From the NCBI GenBank assembly GCA_963778415.1, contig CAVZUI010000009.1:70169-134168 (forward strand): a stretch of DNA of 64,000 bases, read 5' to 3'. Each line of letters starts with the position of its first letter. The first letter of the stretch is position 1. Source of the DNA: an uncultured Acidimicrobiales bacterium. GTDB taxonomy: Bacteria > Actinomycetota > Acidimicrobiia > Acidimicrobiales > VFJN01. Of this stretch, positions 45,175 through 54,639 are shown in pieces. The notes under the pieces are model-generated. The model searched no databases, was not told the origin of the DNA, and saw only the letters and a program-made list of their open reading frames with translations. A program made the position numbers and the translations under genes.

Positions 45175-45958
45175 CGGCGCCACCGCCGGTCCGTAGACCT
45201 CGCCGAGCGTGACGATGCGGGTGCCGGTCTCGTCGGCGTCGGCGTTCTCGGCCGTCAGCCAGATGTGGCCGAACTCGGCGGCGAACACGACCTGCTCGAC
45301 CTGCGGCGAGGACAGGGCGAGGGTGACGAGCACCTGGTTGGTGGGCGCCGGCTCGGCCGCCGTCGTCCTCGTCGGTGTCCTCGTCGGCTCGTCGGTCGGC
45401 GCTCGTGCCGTCACCCTCGGCGAACTGGACCGCGGTGACGAGCACCTTGTGGAACGTGAGGTGGGTCATGTTCGGCGACTGGTCCTCGGAGGCGGGCAGG
45501 TCGAACGGCTCGAAGGAGAGGACGACACCGACGGTGTCGCCGACGCTGAGCGCGCCGCCCACGGCCCGGGCGGGGTCGAGGGCGACGGTCACCTCCTGGA
45601 GCCCGGCGGGCACCGTCGGCCCGGCTGAGCTGGTCGGCCGCCGACGAGCCGGCTGCTGAGCAGCTGCTCGCCGGCCGGAGGTCGACGGCGGCGACGAGAT
45701 CCTCGTCGAGGTCGTCGAGGTCGGTGACGGCGTCGTCGACCAGCGACCTTCGCCGGCACCTCGGTCACCTCGACCGACTGCTTGATCTCGCCGACGGGTG
45801 TGCCCTTCGGGACGGTCTCGCTGACGCACGTAGACGTCGACCAGCGCCTCGGCGGCGACGGCCTTGTCCTTGGCCGACTCGACGTAGACGACGAGGGCGA
45901 AGGTGCCGACGCCGGCCAGCACGAGGGCGGCCAGGATGCCGATGATTTTGCGTTTCAT
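45171..45958 (-). CDS. cpaB: Flp pilus assembly protein CpaB/RcpC (SAF domain; frameshifted)
   Basis: MKRKIIGILAALVLAGVG; VTVALDPARAVGG; VTLALSSPQVEQVVFAAEFGHIWL. Confidence 0.88.
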
Positions 45959-46000
45959 GGGGTGGGTGTCCTTGTCATGGTGTGTTGGGGGAGGGACCGG

Positions 46001-47036
46001 CTAGCCGATCATCTGGATGGCGCGGGCGCCGAAGTCGGGCCCGCTGCCGATCTCGCCGGTCGTGACGACCTGCGTGAACTCACCGCAGATGCAGGTCCGC
46101 TGCCGCCCGTCGTGCTTCGGGCATTGCCGCAGCCGGGAAGCCGTTCTGCCACTCGTTTCCGGGAGCTGGTAGCCGAGACATCGTGAAGCCGGCGAAGCCG
46201 ACGATGTGGTACTCGCCGTTGGTGCCGTTGAGACCGTTCGTCTCGTCGAAGATCGGGACCAGCACCTCGGCGGTCCGCCAGTCGGACGGCTCGCAGTCGT
46301 TGGGCACGCCGTTGCCGGTCTCGTCGTCGACCCAGCCGTCGGCGGTGACGTCGACGCTCACACTCGTCCGAGCTGTCGAGCCAGCCGAAGCCGCCGGGGA
46401 GGTCTGCGCCGGACGGGCCCGCCGGGCAGCGTGCCGGCGTCGGTGGTGTCGTGGAAGTAGATGTAGTCGAGCCCGCTCGGGAAGGTGCCGGCGTCGACGT
46501 CGCCGCCGAGCTCGATGAACTCGCACATCGGAGAAGGTGAGCGGGAAGGGTCGTCGCCCGGCCCACGGCGCCCCACGCGGCGACCGCGGCGGCGTCGACC
46601 GTCCCGCCGTCATGGCCGAGGATCGGGGCGAAGACGAAGTCGACCTTGGTCGTCGTCGGTTGCGGGTCGACGGTGGTGACCTTCACCCAGTCGCTGGCGG
46701 GCGACGTCCGGCCGGCGGCGTGGCGCAGGCCGGTGAGCCCGGGGCCCGATCCGCAGACCTCGTCGACCGTTGGCCTGCGCCGTCGTGGGCGTTGTCGTCG
46801 GCGTACGTGCCGGCGGTGGCCGTCTCGTCGAGGCAGTCGCCGCCGGCGCAGTCCTGGGCCACCGCCAGCGCGGCGGCGTCGGCGCCGTTCTGGAGCTCGC
46901 GCCGCTCGGCGTAGAGCTGGCCGACGTCGATGACGAGGGCGCCCATGCCGAGCAGGACGACCATCATGAGCGCGACCCAGACGATCACCGCGCCGGCGTC
47001 GTCCCGGCGGATTCGGGATCGGATCAGAGACCGCAT
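46001..47036 (-). CDS. TadG-like minor pilin (frameshifted)
   Basis: RDDAGAVIVWVALMMVVLLGMGALVIDVG...ELQNGADAAALA; Cys-containing C-terminal domain with GGFGWLD and YHIVGFAGF. Confidence 0.85.
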
Positions 47037-47396
47037 CGCATGACTCCTGTGGCCGTGAGGTCGAGCGGCCCGAACGGCAGGACCATGAACGAGAACGACT
47101 CGGTGATCGTCGACCTTCGCCTTGCCGTCGCCCGTCGCCGGGCAGGGGGTCTGGGCGATGCCGTCGATCGTCACCGAGGGGGCGCCGTCGCGGGTCGCGC
47201 TCTCCACGTCGGTGGAGCTGTGGCGCAGGGCGAGCTCCCGGGCGCCCTCGCGGGCGGCGGCCTGGATCGACACCTGGGCGTTGTAGGCCCGGCCGAACTC
47301 GATGATGCCCAGCAGGATCAGCAGCAGGACCGGCAGGACGATGGCGAACTCCACCATCGCCGCACCGCGGTCGTCACGCCTGGATCTGGACATCAT
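47024..47396 (-). CDS. tadE: TadE family minor pilin (frameshift near 47110)
   Basis: DDRG|AAMVEFAIVLPVLLLILLGIIEFG...AAREGAR; ends MRCGL. Confidence 0.92.
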
Positions 47397-47482
47397 CGAG
47401 CTCCTCCGAGCTTCGGCAAGAGGGTCGTGGGCGGCGGGAGCGGGCGTCGTCGGACGCCCGCTCCCGCCGGTCCCAGCGCGTG

Positions 47483-47665
47483 TCAACGCAGCTGGTCGAC
47501 GACGTCCTGGAAGAGGCCGTTGATCGCGCCGCCGAGGACGAAGACGACGGCCATGACGAGGACGGCGATGCCGGCGACGAGGATGCCGTACTCGACCATC
47601 GCGGCGCCCTTGTCGTCCTCACGCCGGGTGGCGATGAACGTCTGGAGGAAGGTAACGATGTTCAT
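47483..47665 (-). CDS. flp: Flp major pilin (60 aa)
   Basis: EDDKG|AAMVEYGILVAGIAVLVMAVVFVLGGAINGLF. Confidence 0.93.
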   Translation of the reverse strand: MNIVTFLQTFIATRREDDKGAAMVEYGILVAGIAVLVMAVVFVLGGAINGLFQDVVDQLR

Positions 47666-47751
47666 TGAAGGTTGAATCTCCTGGTATCCGCACCTCCGCC
47701 CGCTGCGGAGGAGACGGCTGCGAGTCTGAGCGACTGCGCCGCCGATCCTCT

Positions 47752-47767
47752 TCCTCACGATTGATGA
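47752..47767. promoter_or_regulatory. Palindrome TCCTCA-CGAT-TGATGA upstream of the major flp
   Basis: 15/16 identical to the 48018 site; CAGACT follows 23 nt later on the minus strand. Confidence 0.65.
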
Positions 47768-47784
47768 AATCGCGGGACCGGCGA

Positions 47785-47961
47785 TCAGAACGGGGCGGGA
47801 AGGTCGTAGAGCGCGAGAACCCGTCGCCCAGCACCCACACGAGCGGCAGCCACGACCACGGCGACGCCGACGGCCAGCAGGCCGTACTCGGCCAAGACGG
47901 CGCCCTTGTCGTCCTTGCGGACGCGGGCGGCCAGCCGGTGAAGGAGGGTGAAGACGTGCAT
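47785..47961 (-). CDS. Second Flp-family pilin (58 aa)
   Basis: MHVFTLLHRLAARVRKDDKG|AVLAEYGLLAVGVAVVVAAA...LALYDLPAPF*; GGAG RBS; absent from the ORF track. Confidence 0.8.
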   Translation of the reverse strand: MHVFTLLHRLAARVRKDDKGAVLAEYGLLAVGVAVVVAAARVGAGRRVLALYDLPAPF

Positions 47962-47973
47962 CGGACACTCCGG

Positions 47974-48726
47974 TCAGGGTCGAGTCGTCAGCATCCGCCG
48001 GCCCCGGCCGGTCGTCGTCCTCACGATTGAGGAATTCGGGAAGGCTCCCGGAGCTCGCGCGATGTCGGCGTCGTCGATCGGCGCGGTCCAGCCGGCCCGG
48101 TTGGCGGTGGCGACGGCGGCGAGCTGCGAGCGGACGCCGAGCTTCTGGAGGATCCCCCGAACCTGGGAGCGCACGGTGGTCACCGCCACGAAGTGGGTCT
48201 CGGCGATCTCCTCGGCGGACAGCCCGTCGACGAGCGCCGCCCAGCACCCGCTGCTCACGAGCGCGTCAGGCGCTCGAACGGCGACCGGGACCGCTCGAGG
48301 CTGGCCCGGTGCACCCGCAGGTCGTCCAGCAGCTCCTGGCGCGTGGCGACCCCGACGAGCGGCCGTCCGGCGAGGACGTCCTCGACCAGGGCGATGACGT
48401 CGTCGAGGAACGCGGCCTTGCCGATCCAGCCGTCGGCGCCGGCCTCGAGGCAGGCGGCGAGCAGGAGGCGATCGGTCTCACCGGTCAGCATCACCACCGC
48501 TCGGCTCGTCTCTCGCAGGGGACCGATCAGGTCGCGGCCGTTGCCGAGGTCACCGAGGTGGAGGTCGAGCAGCACGCACTCGGGCTCGAAGTCGCGAGCC
48601 CGCTCGAGCACGGCCTCGGCGGTCGGCCCGTCGGCGACCTGGACCTCGCCAGCCCCTCGACCGCAGCGCCAGCTGGAGGCCGATGGCGACGAGGGGATGG
48701 TCGTCGACGATGAGGATCCGGTGCAT
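47974..48726 (-). CDS. NarL/LuxR-family response regulator (frameshifted; true stop uncertain)
   Basis: ILIVDDHPLV; VLLDLHL; GADGWIGK; GLSAEEIA...TVRSQVRGILQKLGVRSQLAAV. Confidence 0.9.
48018..48033. promoter_or_regulatory. Perfect palindrome TCCTCA-CGAT-TGAGGA upstream of the second pilin
   Basis: 6-4-6 inverted repeat; GATGCT follows 22 nt later on the minus strand. Confidence 0.65.
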
Positions 48727-50295
48727 CAGGAGGCCACCCCGAGCGTGCTCCGCCGGGCGAGTGGACCGGGGCAGGCGCACGACGAACGAGCTTCCGCCGC
48801 CCGGCCGGCGGCCGCACGTCGATCGAACCCTGCTGCCGCGCCATCAACCGGCGAGCGACGAACAGCCCGAGTCCCGACCCGCCGCTGCGCGGGCCGCGTG
48901 CCGTGCGCTCGAACACCGGGTCCTCGAGCTCCTCGGGAATGCCGGGGCCGCGATCCTCGACGAAGAGGGCGATCTCCCGCTCGCCCGGTTCGACTCGAAG
49001 CTCGACGGCCGAGCCGGGTGCGTGGCACTGGGCGTTGGTCAGCAGGGACAGGACGACCTGGGCCGTGCTCTCGGGGACGCCTTCGACCTCGAGCCCGGCC
49101 GGGATGTCGGCCCGCACCGTCAGCCCGTCGGCCCGGGTGCAGCTCACCACCGGCATGATCGCCTCGCGGAGGTCGAACGAGGTCGAACGGCGGGCCGCGT
49201 CCTCGACGAGGGACCGCAGCCGCTGGATCTCGGCCACCAACCCCGAGGAGAGCTCCCGCTGTTCGTCGGCGCTGAGCCGGCGACGGTGCCGGCTCAGGCA
49301 CTGGGCGGCCGCCTCGATGCCGAGCAGGGCGGCCCGGGCCTCGTGCCGGTGCTCCTGGTGGATGTCGTGGACGGCGCGGGCTCGCGAGGCGGCGAGGGAG
49401 GCGACGGCGACCGCGTCTCGTGCTTCGCGCTGCTCGGCGTCGTGCTTGCGCTGCAGCTCGACGGACGTGCCGTACAGGCCGACGGCGACGGCGGTCGACG
49501 TCATCAGCCAGGCCGTGGGGTGGACCATGTCGCCGCCGACCACCTCGATCGCGTAGGCGACGCCGACGCCGGCCACGGCGAGCCCCGACCACGACAGGAG
49601 ATGACCCGATCGGCGTCGGGTGACGCCGGCGTGGATGACGGCCACCACCCCGAACGCCGAGGCGAGGGCGATGGACGTGACGGGCCCGGCCAGCGGCAAC
49701 GAGATCCCGTCGTCGTGGGCCAGGGGCGGAACCCCGGCACGGCCAGGGCGACCGCCACGCCGGCCGTCACCACCATGAGGACGCCGATCACGAACCTGAC
49801 GCTTCGCACGGTGAGCGTCGCCGAGGTGCGCGCCGCGACCGTGAGCACGACGATGGCAGGAATGCCGGCGAGGGCAACTGCGGGCCGGGCGTGATCGAGC
49901 ACGGCGGACTCGGTCAGCCCGGGCACGACCACGCCCAACACGACGGGGACGGCGGCCAGGCTCAGGGCGGCGGCCGCCAGGTACACCGACTTCGAATCCC
50001 CGGTCAGGCGCCAGACGACGACGTCGAGCCACGCCGACGGCGACCAGCAGCATGGCCGCCAGAGACGCGCCGACCAGGGCGAGGACGTCGGTGTCGGCGG
50101 GGCCGGCGGCGAGCCGGCTGACCGGGATCAGGACGACGGCGATGACCACCAGGGCGGAGCCCGCGGCCCGGAGCCGGGAGACCGGGACCGCGCCCGCGGC
50201 AGGCAGAGCCGCACCGTGGTGCCGCGCACGTCGGTCCAGACCCTTCGGCCTGCTCCGTGCGTTCAGTGTGCTGCGTCGGCCGGCAGCCCACCCAT
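48726..50295 (-). CDS. Multi-TM membrane sensor histidine kinase (frameshifted)
   Basis: Several TM helices; H-box RHEARAALLGI; LLTNAQCHA; VEDRGPGIP; GSGLGL; TGATG coupling to the regulator. Confidence 0.88.
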
Positions 50296-50458
50296 GCCTA
50301 CCGCGTTCATCGTCATCTCCGAGTTGGCGCTATGCCGACTGAGAGGGCCGCACGCGGCCGACTATGACGCTGTTGGCAGCTGAGATTCCTGCGTTCCAGT
50401 TCGACCTGGCAGTCACCGGTTGGACGGCCGAGGACGCCGCCCTGGTCACAGGCCCGGG

Positions 50459-50475
50459 TCACCCCCCGAGGGTGA
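50459..50475. promoter_or_regulatory. Perfect palindrome TCACCC-N5-GGGTGA upstream of the lipoprotein gene
   Basis: 56 bp from ATG 50531; CACCCT follows 23 nt later. Confidence 0.6.
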
Positions 50476-50530
50476 CGCCACGTCGCCGACCGTTGCCGCA
50501 CCCTGCGGTCGGGGCGACCGGAGGTCGGTG

Positions 50531-51694
50531 ATGGGACGCACATCGCGATACGGGCGGGGGGCCGCGGACGGCGTGGTCGTACGGCTGGTGGCGTCGGTCG
50601 TCGCGGTGGCGCTGCTGGCGACGGCGTGCGGCGATGACGATGACGACGAAGCCGATCCCGTCGCCGCCGCCGAGGCCCGCGTGGCGGCCGCCGAGGAGGC
50701 GGTGTCCGACGCCGAGGATGCGCTCGACGACGCCACGGGAACGTTCTGCGACGACACCAGCGACTACATCACCGCGGTCGACCGCTACGGCGACGTGATC
50801 GACGACACCGCGCCGACGGTCGGCGACGTGAACACCGCCGGCGACGACCTCGTCGAGCCCCGCGAGGCGGCGGAGTCGAGCGCCGAGTCCGTCGTCGAGG
50901 CACACGACGGGCTCGTGGAGGCGGAGCAGGAGCTGGCCGAGGCGCAGGTGGAGCTCGCCGAGGCGCAGTCGGACACCTCGGAGCCGCAGGAGTCGTCGAC
51001 GACCACGACGCCGCCTGTGGCGCCCGAGGACACGATCGACCGCGTCGAGCGGGCCGAGGAGGACCTCTCCACCGCCGCCGAGGGCATCACCGACCAGACA
51101 CCGCTCACCGAGGCGGGCGCCCAGTACAACGCGGCCGCCTTCGCCCTCGAGGTGGCCTGGATGCGCCTGTTCGCCGACGCCGGTTGCCTGAGCGACGATC
51201 AGGAGGCCGAGGCCGTGGCCGCGCTCGCGGAGTACACCACGGCCCTGCAGACCGGGCTGCAGACCGCCGGCTACTACGACGGCGAGATCGACGGCGTCTA
51301 CGGCCCCGCCACCGTGGAAGCGGTCGAGGCGCTGCAGTCCGACGCCGACCTGCCCGAGACCGGGTACGTCGACCGCGCCACGGCGGCGGCACTCGACGGC
51401 ACGCTCGCGACGGCGGACGGCGAGGACGCGACCGAGGCCGTCGCGCACACCGCCGCCGTGCAGTCGACGCTCAAGCTCGCGGGCTACTGGACCGGGCCGG
51501 TCGACGGCACCTGGACCGAGGAGCTGACCGAGGCACTGACGGCGTTCCAGACCGCCCTCGGGGTCACGCCGAGCGGTGAGGTCGACACGGCCACGTTGGA
51601 CGCACTCGAGGAGGCCATCGCCGAGGGGCAGGCCGCCGACACGTCGACCACGACGGCGGAGGGCAGCGACACGACGTCCTCCTCGTCGGGCTGA
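50531..51694 (+). CDS. Acidic lipoprotein with coiled coils and two PG_binding_1 domains
   Basis: Lipobox LATAC; LQTAGYYDGEIDGVYGPATVEAVEALQ and LKLAGYWTGPVDGTWTEELTEALTAFQ; intact ORF. Confidence 0.88.
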   Translation: MGRTSRYGRGAADGVVVRLVASVVAVALLATACGDDDDDEADPVAAAEARVAAAEEAVSDAEDALDDATGTFCDDTSDYITAVDRYGDVIDDTAPTVGDVNTAGDDLVEPREAAESSAESVVEAHDGLVEAEQELAEAQVELAEAQSDTSEPQESSTTTTPPVAPEDTIDRVERAEEDLSTAAEGITDQTPLTEAGAQYNAAAFALEVAWMRLFADAGCLSDDQEAEAVAALAEYTTALQTGLQTAGYYDGEIDGVYGPATVEAVEALQSDADLPETGYVDRATAAALDGTLATADGEDATEAVAHTAAVQSTLKLAGYWTGPVDGTWTEELTEALTAFQTALGVTPSGEVDTATLDALEEAIAEGQAADTSTTTAEGSDTTSSSSG

Positions 51695-51740
51695 GGAGCC
51701 GCGGGTCGCGGCGCCGGTCAGGAGTGGGCGCCGGCCGTCG

Positions 51741-52965
51741 TCAGCGCGCGGCGCGGACCGGGACGTTCGAGTAGCCGGCGACGTTCGACATGTGGACGCG
51801 GCGGAGGCCGGCCTCGTCGACCTCGAGCCGGGGCCACCGCGTCGGCGAGCTCCTCGATGGCGATGCGGCTCTCCATGCGGGCCAGGGCGGCGCCGAGGCA
51901 GCTGTGCACGCCGTGGCCGAAGCCGATGGCGACGCTCGGCGGGCGCTCGATGTCGAACTCGTCGGGGCGCTCGAAGGCGCGCGGGTCGCGGGTCGCGGCA
52001 CCGGTGATGAGCAGCACGGGGTAGCCGGCGGGGATCGTGCCGCCCTCGAACTCGCGGTCCTCGACCGAGAACCGGCCCTGGTACTGCGACGGCGGCAGGT
52101 AGCGCAGGATCTCCTCGACCGCCCGGGGGATCTTCTCGGGGTCGTCGAGCGACCTTCTGCCACTGGTCGGGGTGGCGGGCGAACAGCACGACGGCGTTGC
52201 CGACGAGCTTGGTGACGGTCTCGGCGCCGGCGCCGCCGAGGAGCGCTGGCGAAGCCGGCGATCTCGTCGTCGTCGAGGCCGGTCTCGCTCGCCGTCGCCG
52301 CGGTCGACCGTGACCTGGGTGAGCCGGCGAGAGCATGTCGTCGCCCGGGTTGCGCCCGCTTCTCCGCCGACGAGCTCGTAGAAGTAGGCGCCCTGCTCGA
52401 TGCATCGCCTCGCTGGCCCTCCGGGCGTCGGCTCCAGCTGGCCGGGCTCGCGGTGCAGGCTGACGTCGAGCCAGTGGCGGATCTGCTGGCGCTCGCCCGT
52501 CGGGCACGCCGAGCATGCGGGAGATGATCTCGACCGGGAACGGCGCGGAGAAGTCGGCGACGGCGTCGAACGTCGGTCGCGTCGTCGAGCGGGTCGAGGA
52601 AGCCGCGGATGACCTCGCGGATCATCGGCTCGAGCGCGGTCGACGGCGCGGGGCGTGAACACGCGGCTGACGAGCGCCCGGCAGCCGGTCGTGCTCGGGC
52701 GGGTCCATCATGATGATGCTGCGGAAGCTCCGGATCAGCTCGGGGTCCTTCGAGAGCGTCGACGAGGTCGACGCCGTGGGCGCTCGAGAAGCCCTGCCAG
52801 TCGCGGTGGGCGGCCACGACGTCGTCGAAGCGCGACAGCGCGTAGAAGCCGTACCGCTCGTTGAAGTACACCGGGCGCCTCGTCGCGGAGGCGCCGGTAC
52901 ACGTCGGTCGGGTCGTTGAAGTACTCGTCCGAGAACGGGTCGAACTCGACCGCGACCGCGCTCAC
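51741..52965 (-). CDS. Cytochrome P450 (frameshifted)
   Basis: I-helix GAGAETV; ExxR EEILR; heme motif FGHGVHSCLG. Confidence 0.93.
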
Positions 52966-53813
52966 GTCCCCTCCTCCTCGGTCGCCACGGCCGGCCCGCG
53001 GAGGGCGGCGCAGACGCCGCCGTCGACCAGCACGTCGACGCCGCTCAGGAAGCTGGCCTCGTCCGAGAGCAGGAAGGCGACGACGGCGGCGAGCTCGTCG
53101 GGCCGGCCCTCCCGTCCGAGCGGTGTCCGTTGCACGAGCACGTCCATGAACGGGTGGGCCTCGGCCTCCTGCCGGCCCTGTGGGGTGTCGATCACGCCGG
53201 GGGACACCGAGCAGACGCGGGCGCCGACGGGCCCGACGCGCACGGCCTCCTGCTGGGCGAACCGTTGGACGCCGCGCTTGGCCCACGGGTAGGCCATCCC
53301 GGTGTCCTCGATGGCCGGCCCGACGGCCTCGCGGATGCGGTCGAGGAACCCCTCGTCGAGGGGCACGTCCAGGACGGCGTCGGCTGCGGCGTTCGGCCCG
53401 TCGAACGCGAGGTGCGGCGCCATCGAGGCGAAGAACACCATGGCCGTTCCGTCGGTGGCGAGCGGGCGGAGCGCCTCGGCGAGCATGGCCGTGCCGACGA
53501 GGTCGACGGTGAAGATGCGGCGCCAGTCGGCCATCGTGGGCGAGATGCCGGCGGCGTGGGCGACGGCCCGGAGCGTGCCGAGCTCGGCGACGCGGTCGGC
53601 CAGGCGGGCGAGGCCGTCGGCGTCGGTGACGTCGAGGACGAACGGCTCGACGAGGGTCGCCCGCCCGGAGCCCGCCAGGTCCTTCGCCGCCGCGGCCACC
53701 GACGCCTCGTCGAGGTCGACGAGCAGCAGCGCGTCGACCATGTCGGTGAGCCGCCGGGCGCACTCGAGCCCCATGCCGCGCCCGGCTCCGGTCGCGATCC
53801 CCACGGTCGTCAT
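52962..53813 (-). CDS. Short-chain dehydrogenase/reductase
   Basis: TGAGRGMG; HAAGIS; YPWAK; VSPGVIDT; VDGG; GAGGAGGAG RBS; GTGA overlap with P450. Confidence 0.93.
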   Translation of the reverse strand: MTTVGIATGAGRGMGLECARRLTDMVDALLLVDLDEASVAAAAKDLAGSGRATLVEPFVLDVTDADGLARLADRVAELGTLRAVAHAAGISPTMADWRRIFTVDLVGTAMLAEALRPLATDGTAMVFFASMAPHLAFDGPNAAADAVLDVPLDEGFLDRIREAVGPAIEDTGMAYPWAKRGVQRFAQQEAVRVGPVGARVCSVSPGVIDTPQGRQEAEAHPFMDVLVQRTPLGREGRPDELAAVVAFLLSDEASFLSGVDVLVDGGVCAALRGPAVATEEEGT

Positions 53814-53865
53814 GAGCTCTGCTCCTCCTCGGGCCATGCCACGGCCCTGGTGTCGAGGGACGGGA

Positions 53866-53885
53866 CTCTAGCCGTACGGCTAGAG
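53866..53885. promoter_or_regulatory. Perfect 20-bp palindrome CTCTAGCCGTACGGCTAGAG, candidate TetR operator for SDR-P450
   Basis: Overlaps the tetR stop, about 50 bp upstream of the SDR; near-identical copy at 54545. Confidence 0.7.
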
Positions 53886-54512
53886 ATCTCGGGGTCCACG
53901 TCCGTCCGGCGCTCCCGGCTCGTCGGGGATGTCGAAGAGGCGTCGCGCCAGGCGCAGGAGGTGGGATCGGAGCGTGTCGTCGTCGAGGTCGATGACCAGC
54001 GGGTGCACGACGGCGCCGCCGATGGCGCCCGAGAGCATGGCGACCTGGACCTGGATCTCGGTGCCGGGGCTCTCGCCGAGCAGGACCGCGAACAGCCGAT
54101 CGAGGAGCTGCCGGAACGGCTCGTGGTCGGCCATGAAGCGCACCATGACCGGGTCGTTCTGCAGCACGCCCACCAGGCGCCGGCGTCGGACCGCGAGGTC
54201 GATCACCTGCTCGAGGAGGACCTCCCGCGCCCGCACGCTGCGGCCCTCGGCCTCCGCGGCCGCCAGCGCCTCCTCGAGCCACCGGAGCTCGATGTCGGCG
54301 ACGGCGAGGACGATCTCGTCCTTGGTCTTGAACTGGTGGTAGACGGCCGCCTTCGTCACGCCCATGGCGTCGGCGATCATCTGCAGGGAGGTGCCGCTGA
54401 TCCCGTGCTCGGCGAACAGGGCGAGGGCCGCCGTCAGCACCCGCATCTGCGCGGCCCGGTAGGGCACCGGCGCCGGGTGGTCGGCGACGGCCACGTTCGG
54501 CGACGGCTGCAT
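53880..54512 (-). CDS. TetR/AcrR family transcriptional regulator
   Basis: VLTAALALFAEHGISGTSLQMIADAMGVTKAAVYHQFKTKDEI; TAGGTT-N6-ATG suggests a leaderless start. Confidence 0.94.
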   Translation of the reverse strand: MQPSPNVAVADHPAPVPYRAAQMRVLTAALALFAEHGISGTSLQMIADAMGVTKAAVYHQFKTKDEIVLAVADIELRWLEEALAAAEAEGRSVRAREVLLEQVIDLAVRRRRLVGVLQNDPVMVRFMADHEPFRQLLDRLFAVLLGESPGTEIQVQVAMLSGAIGGAVVHPLVIDLDDDTLRSHLLRLARRLFDIPDEPGAPDGRGPRDL

Positions 54513-54544
54513 GGCGTGAACCTAACCGAGCTCCGTCGGCGCTA

Positions 54545-54560
54545 CTAGCCGTTCGGCTTG
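54545..54560. promoter_or_regulatory. Second operator copy CTAGCCGTTCGGCTTG between tetR and the MOSC gene
   Basis: 14/16 identical to the core of the 53866 palindrome; lies in the divergent promoter region. Confidence 0.65.
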
Positions 54561-54639
54561 TCTCGCTCCGCCCCGATGGGCGTCGTAGCGTGGTCGCGGA
54601 GCAGATCTGCGCACGGCGCGGACGGAGGTGCCCGGCCCC

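Noticed and set aside
37999-47961. Conjugative T4SS or T2SS
   Set aside because: Gene set is Flp/TadE/TadG/CpaB/CpaE/CpaF/TadB/TadC/A24; no VirB4, VirD4, relaxase or secretin
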